Source of the DNA: Octopus sinensis
Lineage: Eukaryota
Length of the DNA stretch: 64,000 nt
Reading direction: 5' to 3'
Assembly: GCF_006345805.1 (NCBI RefSeq)
Contig: NC_042997.1
Coordinates: 103,044,001-103,108,000 of the forward strand
The notes under the pieces were generated by a model. That model saw only the letters and a list, made by a program, of their open reading frames with translations. It did no database searches and was not told the origin of the DNA. This document shows positions 54,015-64,000 of this stretch, in pieces. Position 1 is the stretch's first letter. Every line of letters starts with the position of its first letter. The position numbers were made by a program, and so were the translations under genes.

Positions 54015-54339
54015 TTTCTTATATTACGGGCAATGTTTTGGCAGACTCGGTTGAGCTAGAACAAAAATGTCTTGTAGTATTTGTTCCCGTTCTGAGATCA
54101 AATCCCACCGCAGTCAGCTTTGTCCTTTAGTCTTCTAAGATCAATTAAGCAAAGTAGCGATCAACTACTACATTCGCTATAGTCGACTCTTTCTTTCCCT
54201 ACAGTTTGAGGTCGGCCTTTTTTCTCGGAAAGTAATCGCTATTTCTTAGCTTGTTCTTCGTTCGAAAAATGATAGTCGTGGAAAAGCACGTTGACTTAAC
54301 AATGGCAATGTAGATTTTTTACACCAGGGCTCGTAGTTA

Positions 54340-54412
54340 GGGCTCGTGGCGCAATGGATAACGCGTCTGACTACGGATCAGAAGATTCCAGGTTCGAATC
54401 CTGGCGAGCTCG
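54340..54412 (+). tRNA. tRNA-Arg(ACG)
   Basis: 73 nt. Acceptor GGGCTCG/CGAGCTC, anticodon arm TCTGA-CTACGGA-TCAGA, T-arm CCAGG-TTCGAAT-CCTGG. TTTT at 54419-54422. Confidence 0.95.
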
Positions 54413-54424
54413 CATTAATTTTAA

Positions 54425-54492
54425 ATGGCGGTGCCCCAGCATGGCCACAGCTCAAGAGCTGAAACTGGAAAACATGAAACATAAAACATAAA
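54425..54492 (+). mobile_element. Isolated SINE/LINE 3' tail
   Basis: GGCGGTGCCCCAGCATGGCCACAGCTC..GCTGAAAC plus (AAACAT)-type repeats, matching the SINE family A tail. Confidence 0.7.
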
Positions 54493-56069
54493 TAATACTA
54501 GTGAATGTGCTGAAAGAAAGAGAAGTGGGGGAGGAGGAAGAAGTCGTTACCTATTGCTCACATACGTGCTGATTCTATATTCTTCATATTCTGCCGCCAC
54601 TATTATCAAATAATGGCCTCGGAGGTGATTGCTTGTATACTACCTCTACAAAAGCTCAACCGACATACACGTCTCTAACCCTATACACTCGCCAACCATA
54701 TTGGCTTAAAATTTTGACACAGAGCCGGCAATTTCAAGGAAGGAGATAAGCTGATTACATTTACTCCAGTGTGCAACAGGTACTTATTTTATAGACCCCG
54801 AAAGGATGAAAGGCAAAGTTGACCTTGGCGGAAATCGAACACAGAACCGCTAAACATTTTGACTAGCGTGCAAACGATTCTGCCAGCTCGCCACCTTAAC
54901 ACTCACCAACCATATTGTCACCACAATAACAGTTTCACACCTAATCATTACTCTTTAGATCGTCATCTCCAAGGAATTTTCTCCCAGCCTATGTTTTTCC
55001 TTCAGTCGTCGACTTCAAAATGATTTTAAACCGCATGGATATCAAGAGCATCGGGGGGTGGGGGGGGAAGGCTTGGGAAGACTGATTAAGCCATTGCAAG
55101 TAGAAATAAAAGAGAAGAAAAATGAGGAAATGGCAAATAATAATAATAATAATAATAATGATGATGATGATGATGATGATAAGAAGAAGAAGAATTAATT
55201 TTTATTTGAAAAGTACGAAAATCCTTCTGTAGTAGTTCTGTTGTTCATAGAGAAACAAAATACATTGAATTACATACAGGATACCACCACAGTATTATAT
55301 GCTAATATATTTTGCATCATCCTGTGTCCGACGCCAATAGTTCCCCAGATAATAAAAAGGTAAATTAACATACATCTCATAAATAAAAGTGAAAACTGCA
55401 GGGCATAGCTTGTGAAATGATTAAATATGCTACTACCCTAACAGCTAATGTCTGACATCAAATGTTTACATATTATTGAATAATTCCATATGAATATACT
55501 GTTATAGTTTCTCCAATTTTATAATCGGTTTTACGCAAGCATTTAGGAAAATTGCTAACATATTTGATATAAAAGACTGGGAAGAAAGGAAGAAAAATAA
55601 ACGGGAGGTTCTGTTCTGTTTATTATAACAAATATCGATACTATTAAATCATTGTTAAGGGCCGATTGATCGAGAATTGTTATTGTTCTGCATTGCACAG
55701 TCGAGTAATAAACCTTATCTGCGTTAATGAAAGACCAGAGATTTATTTCTTGTCAAACAGCGATAAGCGTAAAAAGGAAATCAATTTCTAGAACAATATT
55801 TTATATTTGTTCTTGAACTATCGAAACCAATTCTCTCTTTCTCTCCCCCTCCCCCACACAAACAGAAGTAAATTATATATTTATATATTCTTTACGTATA
55901 TCAATGAAATGTATAACGAAAGTTTTCTTTTTAAACAATATAGCTCAAGAAAAAATGCCTCCTGATGTTACCCAATTGTTACGAGGAAAGAATAGTGCTA
56001 TGCGATAATAAACGTATCGACGAATAATCGCAGCCCTCTGGTTATTAATTCCCCCAAAATTGTCGTCGT

Positions 56070-56378
56070 TATTATCATCATCATCATCATCATCATCATC
56101 GACGTCGGTGGCGGCGGCGTAGTCATCGTCATCATCGTCATCATCATCGTCATCATCATCGACGTCGGTGGCGGCGGCGTAGTCATTGTCATCATCATCA
56201 TCATCATCGTCGTCGTCGTCGACGTCGGTGGCGGTGACGTAGTCATCGTCATCATCATCATCCTCATCGTCGTTGACGTCGGTGGCGGCGACGTAGTCAT
56301 CGCCATCATCATCATCATGATCGTCGTTGATGTCAGTGGCGGCGACGTAGTCATCGTCATCATCATCATCGTCGTCTT
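56070..56378. repeat. About 57-60-bp minisatellite, 5 units of GACGTCGGTGGCGGCGRCGTAG plus (TCA/TCG)n
   Basis: Direct reading. Confidence 0.85.
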
Positions 56379-56775
56379 CAAGAACAATAACCAAGATCTT
56401 CTAACAAGAACTATCACCGCCATTCGTTTTGACTTTCTCGCCATTATTGAGTCGTTTGTCGTAATTTTTTTATGTTATTATTTATTACTTTTTAATTTGC
56501 CTAAGAAATTCAGAGAAAAGCAGACCTTTGGAATACGTGACTCAGCGATGATATAAATACTATTTAATTGTGATGGTGAGTATTGAAAAATGTAGTCCCC
56601 AAGTCAACTGACTGCGATTGTTATCAGGCTTCAATTTTGCAGTAAAAACCATTTTATTTCCCTTCCACCGATAAAAACACTTGATTAACAGAAAAGAGCT
56701 GCTTACAAAAATGTGATGCAATGTATTTTCCCGCATAAGATAAGTAGACATTGAAGAATGCTCTATAAATATTCT

Positions 56776-57381
56776 TATTTCTTTATTGCCCACAAGGGGC
56801 TAAACAGCGAGGATAAAACCAAGGACAGACAAAGGGGATAAGTCGATTACATCGACCCCAGTGCGTAACTGGTACTTCAGTTATCGACCCCGAAAGGATA
56901 AAAGGCAAAGCCGAACTCGGCAGAATTTGAACCCAGAACTTAACGGCAGACGAAATACCTATTTCTATTTCTTTACTACCCACAAGGGGCTAAACATAGA
57001 GGGGACAAACAAGGACAGACAAAGGGATTAAGTCGATTACATCGACCCCAGTGCATAATTGGTACTTAATTTATCGACCCCGAAAGGATGAAAGGCAAAG
57101 TCGACCTCGGCAGAATTTGAACCTAGGACGTAACAGCAGACGAAATACCTATTTCTTTACTACCTACAAGGGGCGAAACACAGAGGACAAACAAGGGCAG
57201 ACAAATGGATTATATCGATTATATCGACTCCAGTGCGTAACTGGTACTTCAATTATCGACCCCGAAAGGATGAAAGGCAAAGTCGACCTTGATGGAATTT
57301 GAACTCAGAACGTAATGGCAGACGAAATATGGCCACGCATTTCGTCCGGCGTGCTAACGATTCTTCCAGCTCGCCGCCTTA
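56776..57381 (-). mobile_element. SINE family B trimer (one head, three body units)
   Basis: 19-bp perfect TSD AATGCTCTATAAATATTCT (56757-56775, 57382-57400). Confidence 0.88.
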
Positions 57382-59399
57382 AATGCTCTATAAATATTCT
57401 GTCGAGAAAAAATACAACGAAGAATTAAAGAAAACAAAAGGCAGATAGATATGGAAAGAAAAATACAGAGAATTGTAATCGAATGAAATAAAGCGTCCAT
57501 TGAATTAGCACAAGGAAGTAGACTAGTTACCCGAGAACATTTCCTTTTCCTACCGTAGCTCGTTGGCAAAACTGGTTGGTCGTTTCATTTACACTCATGT
57601 TTTTCTTTCTTGTATTTCATACATTTACTGAAGACCAAAAATTTTCTTTCCATCTTCTCTGTGTGCTATTTAAGAATACATCTAGAAGTTGATTGGAGTA
57701 ACATTTTAGAAAAAAAAAGGACTATAACGGAGCTATTTTGAGTCTTTAATCCTTTCACTGCGAAATTAAATTTCCCAGATATTCCAGTAATGATGTTAAA
57801 TATCTACAAAAAAAAAAGAAAAAGTAGAAATGGTATTTTCTGCAAGTCGCATTACTTCAATAAATTCGACATATCTCAACAGAAAATAGATTCAAATATG
57901 ACATTCGGTAAAATAAAATGAAAAATAAATAAATGAAAATAGATAAACAGGTATATAAAACAGTTTTTTCTCAGTTGTTATGAAATCTTGAATAGATATA
58001 TCTGCTTTTTGTAGTAAAAGGATTAAATAGTTTTGCTGCAATCATTAAAATTTCATTATGCTGGAAACGGAAGGGATAAACCTTATTTGTTGTGCGTCAC
58101 CATCTCTCTAATATGTGTTGTTCCTAATGTAGTTGGCTTTTTAGATAACGATCAAGTCAAGACTTCCACAAATACAAGTAATATGCGTGTGCAAAGGACG
58201 TTGACCTCAACATCTTCACATCTCGCTCACGTTTGGCTAAAGTGCACAGCCACGTCTGTATAACTTATAACAAATTTACTAGTGATAACAGATCTGTCAG
58301 AACCTATAAGTTTAAAGATAATTCATATACCTAGATATGAAAATCAGGTTGAAAAAGTTGCAATTTTCTACGGCTTCAACCTGCTGAATATTCATAAGAA
58401 CATACTTTCCCAAACTGTCTGTTAACGCTGAAGTTTTAATGTTTTGAATTTCCTGGAAAGGTGTTAGGAGTGGTGTTCTCTAAAGTGTCTTTATATTTTC
58501 TAAGTGTTTCTTTAAACAAGACACATAAATATAATAATAGATCTTAAATATAATCCCGTCTAAAATTACAATCCAGTCTAAAATCTGATATCGTGATAAC
58601 CGTTTTTCGGGTAGCAAATTCTTTTTCACTCTGAAATATTGACTGTCGACCAGTAGTGTAGATTTCTATTTTTACTGTTGTACTTCTGAACTTTAATATA
58701 AGAATTGAAGCAGACATATAATTCTTAAATTTGTGGTACAATGAAAATAATTATGTTACGGAAATTTTTAAAATATGAATTGAAAATTTATTATCGACAA
58801 ACAACTTATCTCTGCTTTTAAAATATTTCAGAAATTCAGATAGATAGTTTTGCAGATAGAATAAAGTGAAAGCTGCGATCTTACATAACATTATGTCAAT
58901 TGCCAAAGATATCGCAGTGTGAATCAATATATTAGGAAAGTAGGATTCGGTTGTTTAAAATATCTAAGCAATATGCAATGTAAGATAATTTTGATGTAAA
59001 AGCAACATTAATGCATTGTCCTTAAATTTAGTAACTGGAAGGAAGTGTTAAGTTGGCCTTTGAATAGCTAACGAATGGACGAGAAAACTATCAAGTGGAA
59101 AGTAATTGAAAGGCGCGTATTGTAAATGCAAATGTTTTATGAGTTATATGTATAGATATATATTATAAAATGTGAGCCATAATAATAATCAATTAATGGT
59201 AGACCGGTGCAGCACAATAAAGATCCGGTAATTTTAAACATATTAATAAAAACAGATAGTCGTGAGTTCTTTTATTAACATAGGGCCAAACTGTAACACA
59301 TTAAACTTCTCTTTACGAAATACTGTAGAAAATGTTGATCTCGTTGGTTAATAAAACGATTGTAAATAAAAATTTTATGTGTACAGGAAGCGTAATATA

Positions 59400-59967
59400 C
59401 GATCATCAACGTCACCAGAAGGGCTGACACCATCTCAGTGTCCTCTCCCTCGAAGGACACTGAGATGGTGTCAGGCAAACAAGGACACTGAGATGGTGTC
59501 AGCCCTTCTGGTGACGTTGATGATCGCCTGGGGCTAAAAGCATCAGTAACACCCCCACCACCCCGCCCTGTCCCTAGCCACATTCAGATGGCTGATCCCC
59601 CTTACGTTGTCGAGCAGTTACTGTTTATATCTCGTTCAGAGATTTATTATTGTTTTCAGACGGTTTTTCTACATCAGTGACAGTAGTTACTGTGAAAAAC
59701 CTTATATATGTTGCCTGTAGAGGGAATCCTTCAGCGAAGAGCGGTGCTTACCATGCGTTGATAAGAGGCAATGACCTCGAAACCGGTCCGTATGTAGTAT
59801 TCGTATCTTCGAGGGAGGATGACCTCCCTTTGCAGGCAAACAAGGACACTGCGATGGTGTCAGCCCTTCTGGTGACGTTGATGATCGCCTGGGGCTAAAA
59901 GCATCAGTAACACCCCCACCACCCCGCCCTGTCCCTAGCCACATTCAGATGGCTGATCCCTCTTACG

Positions 59968-59969
<2 letters not shown>
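59400..59969 (+). mobile_element. Retrozyme / Penelope-pLTR-like repeat: 361-nt unit, 137-bp direct terminal repeat, 5' inverted fragment, ends at (TA)n
   Basis: 59472-59608 is repeated at 59833-59969. 59400-59444 is an inverted copy of 59482-59526. Contains a hammerhead. Confidence 0.7.
59752..59794 (+). ncRNA. Minimal type I hammerhead ribozyme, U3-A8 core variant
   Basis: CATGCG TTGATAA GAGG-CAATGA-CCTC GAAA CCGG TC CGTATG. Confidence 0.7.
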
Positions 59970-60005
<36 letters not shown>

Positions 60006-60064
60006 TATATAGATGTTATTTTTTTTCTTTTATTTTTTACTTATTTCAGTCATTAGACTGCGGC

Positions 60065-60480
60065 CATATTCTCACCAAAGCCCAGATTCCTTTGTTCAGC
60101 ATCTTCCGTCAACTTATCTTGCAGTTGTTGGAAGAATCCCGGTGTGCAGACGCAGTCAGAATGCCTGTCACGTCTCTTCCTGATGGCCGCAGCTTAGTAA
60201 TTTTAGTTGTAGCTATTCACTTTACGTCCTAAAGCCTTTTCCACCATGTTTGCAGATCATTAAGCAGCAGTTATGATATTTGCATTTTAGTACCCGGTGT
60301 AAGTCATTATGATACAGATAATTCTTTTCCACTATTCATATGGCTTCAAGTCTTCCATTTCAGTAAACTTTTTTCCAAGCTACAACTTTAATCTTCGTGT
60401 TCTCCAACGCTGTTAACTGGTCACCAATACATCTAGCTGTTCCTGAAAAAGGAGACATAAATATTCGTCAAATTTATCCA
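60065..60480 (-). mobile_element. Possible pogo/Tigger transposase remnant
   Basis: Weak CENP-B-HTH-like and DE.GLW-like traces, heavily degenerate. Confidence 0.3.
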
Positions 60481-60490
60481 GAACATCCTG

Positions 60491-60767
<277 letters not shown>

Positions 60768-60974
60768 TGATTGGCTGTCGTCGCTTCGTCCGTGTAAGTC
60801 TAAACTATTTCTCGTATTTATAAATCTTTGTTTATATTGAATTTTTGTCATCAGTTGGTTAAAAACATCAGCTTTCGTGTGATTGAATGGGTTTTCCGAA
60901 AATTCCCTGCCTGCGGGTGTATTTTCGTTTCTTAAATTTCATAAAAAAATTTGTTTTCAATCTGTCCTGAAAAA

Positions 60975-62158
60975 TGGCTACCTTGGCTGAAGCAGCCAGC
61001 GTCCCTTCGTCCTATTTAGACATTAACTTCCCTGCATTGCCGAACACCGGAGGGAAGGAAGAAAAGATTTGTATCACATTCACACACACAGTTGAACAGC
61101 GTTAACAGACATGGACAACAGCCTCCCAAGCAAGCAAATGGGAAAGGAAATCAAGAAGAACGAACAAATATCTACTGCCACCACCGATGTCATCACCACT
61201 ATCTCTACTACCACCACCACCACCACCACCACCACCAACAACAACAACACAAACAGTCAAAGTAACTTTGCTTCAGTTTTGAGGCAAAGAAAACGTGTTG
61301 TTACATTTACGCCACAACCGTTAATGGAAATAAAACATCTCTTTATCTAAGGAGAGTGATACAATAAACCTAAATATAACGCATCACAATTTATTAACAA
61401 AAAAGAAAAAAAAAACAATCATATATAAGAAAGACAATCAATTTAAAAACGAGAAGACCCGAAAACATAAATCAACAAATAATCGAAAAATGTTTAAGGC
61501 CCATGTGGGCACATAAAAAAATACATAACAAGGGGCAAAAGATTTGCCACAGGTTTGATTCAGAAGAGCAAACCAAAGTCTTTCCTACAGAATCATTTCA
61601 GTCTGAAGAAATACTAATGATCCCAATGTACTTAGGGCGGAGGGTCACAAAAATAAAAATCAAGGATGTGCCTCTTGAAATTGAAGCACAACAGAACTGG
61701 ATAGGCCAGTCTTTCGAAATCTTGATACAAGTAAATCAAGATACAATTGAAAATATAGCAGATTTTATAAAACTGCCAGCCGGTACCAATTTACATGTCG
61801 CCGTTGAAGGCAGAAAATCACGCTGTCACTTCTGTAGAAGTAAAAATCACTTAAAAGTGGGTTGCCCAATATGCAAGGTGCAACAGCAACAAAAACAAGA
61901 AGAAGAAGAAGAAGAAGAAGTACAACAACAACAACAACAACCACAATAGCAAAAACAACCACAACAAGAAAGCCAAAAACAACTGATACCCACACCGCCA
62001 TATGCACAGCTAATAAAACAGCTCCACCAAGAAATGAAAGAGCAACAGCAACCAACAAGCCAGTCCAACCAAAACGACACCCCCATCAGCGTCACAAAGA
62101 ACAGAAACAACATCATCCCCATCACCACCACCACCACCACCACCAACAACAACAACAA

Positions 62159-62191
<33 letters not shown>

Positions 62192-62853
62192 CTATAGAAG
62201 CACCAAATGAAGATGAGAAAAACAAAAGGATTTATACCCCACCCCTAAAAACCCATACACCAGATCCCAACTGTCACCAACTAACACAAACACCAACACC
62301 AACAACAAAAACATTAACACACTCAGAAATAGACCCCAATACTCTCTCCTTACCACTTTCTGATTCCTCCGACATGTCGTCCGATGACAGCGACATGGAG
62401 GAATGGCAAGTGGCCACAGAAGGTGAAAAAGGGGAAAAAAAGAAAAGAGAAGTGAAGAAACAACCATAACTGTATTGAAATCCGAGACATCCAGCCTGCC
62501 CTCCAAAACCAAAACACCCGCACAAAACAAAAGCATTAAAACAAACACAGAAACACTCAATGAATCCCCAATGCTGACAGCAATAAACACAAATAATCCA
62601 AACCTAATGCAATACATTCGGTCAAACACCAACATAACAGAAGACAATTTCAAAACAATCACCTACGCACAACACCACCACAACACATAAAAATCCTACA
62701 CGTAATACAAAACACACAACACATTGAAATCTCTCTACCCTGATGCAGTAGGGAGATTTCAAAAGTATTTATCAAAAACGAAAGTACAAAAACCCGAGGG
62801 AAGATTGTAAGGAGAACAACCAGCTATCGAACAATAAGTGACTCTCTCCTTCT

Positions 62854-62908
<55 letters not shown>

Positions 62909-64000
62909 CTTTTCCTTTCTTCTGTAAAACACAACTTTCGATAGGAACATGCTTAGAATAGGTTGTATAAATGTGCGTGGCTTGGGGTCGCCTTGCATAC
63001 AAGGCTGCCTGTTAAATGATATCAAGTCACAGAAATTGCATGTCATAGTCATCAGTGAGACCCTACTTCACAACCCGCGGACCCCCCAGTACATGTTCGG
63101 CGGACAATTCGACATTTATTTTTTTCCGTGTCTGCCGAGAATGAGAAGAGGTGGTACTGCGGAGATTTTCGGAAGAGTCTGGACCTCAAGGTAAGAGCAA
63201 TATTCCTAGACCCCGTGGGTAGGCTGGTCGTCTTGAGTGTCAATGCAGTAATAGGTGTACTTTTTGACTTATAACAGTTTACAAACCATCCTTAACGGGT
63301 CGACCGGATTTCTTTCGACATCTAGAGGTTTTCCTGGGAACGTCTCGACCTTTACTTTTAGTGGGGGATTGGAACGTTACCTTGGAAACGCATCTAGACT
63401 ACGTAGGTAGAGATAGGAGGGGATGTAAATGCCTCAAAGACCTGCTCAGACGTTTCCAATAGTCTGACAGGTACCGACTGTCCCACCCTACCATTACCAA
63501 ACTGGAACGCATACTCTTCCGTTTTTTGTGAAAGGGAAGCGTTCTGATGGTTAGGCGATCCATTTGCTGCCAACACCCGCTAAATGGAGGGCTGGGAATG
63601 CCGTGGTTGATGATGCGCAGACTTGCACTGGGACTGCGACATCTCCGGCGCTTCATAAACGACGTGTAGTCGCCGTTTGTGAGACGCGCTTTCCGCAGCT
63701 TGTCTCTTTGGCCGAACTGCAGTCATGGATCAAATAGAGACCGAGGCTAGGCGAATGGCACTACGAGTGCCGTCTTGCTCTCGAGCAACTCTGCCGTCCG
63801 GGACCAAACTTGTGCGACTTCAAATGCACGAAGGCGTTCTATAGAGGATTAGTTGAGGGAGGTGCGACGACGTTCTTGAGGAGAATTTGGGCATCAACAG
63901 GGAACGCCTGACCCGCCTCTTCAGGATCACTTTCGGGCTGGAACCTATGGACAATCACCAGAGATCCCTGGCCTGGTAGTGCAATCTGAAAGCATTGCCC
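60975..64000 (+). mobile_element. Degenerate L1/Tx1-clade LINE: ORF1 with CAA/CAC expansions, then ORF2 APE joined by a deletion to the post-RT region
   Basis: PMYLGRRVTKI and RCHFCRSKNHLKVGC. From 62949: MLRIGCINVRGL..SETLL, LVGDWN. GGLGMP at about 63585. Confidence 0.75.

Noticed and set aside
56070-56378. Repeat-spacer pattern resembling a CRISPR array
   Set aside because: The spacers are triplet microsatellite, the context is eukaryotic and there are no cas genes.

Overview
AT-rich, microsatellite-dense eukaryotic DNA. The repeat families look like a coleoid cephalopod, probably Octopus (an inference). Most of the window is decayed transposons: R4/Dong-type RLE LINE fragments in (TAA)n, CR1/L2, RTE, L1/Tx1 (including ORF1-only copies), Penelope-like pieces, a full-length hAT/Buster, mariner/Tc1, Helitron/Helentron-like elements, MITEs and three tRNA-derived SINE families. 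There is one intact tRNA-Arg(ACG). Most ORFs in the supplied track are microsatellite artefacts. Three things stand out. (1) A candidate minus-strand micro-exon gene that the ORF track cannot show: 8 phase-compatible GT-AG exons of 19-72 nt (47873 to 41398) encode a signal peptide, a His-rich segment and a linker. A probable terminal exon at 28473-28395 encodes an 8-Cys peptide ending in Gly. (2) Several hammerhead ribozymes, including a U3-A8 covariant minimal hammerhead in a 361-nt, highly base-paired retrozyme-like repeat at about 59.4-60.0 kb. (3) A tRNA-Arg gene lying directly against a SINE/LINE 3' tail. All calls were read by eye; no database searches or folding programs were run.
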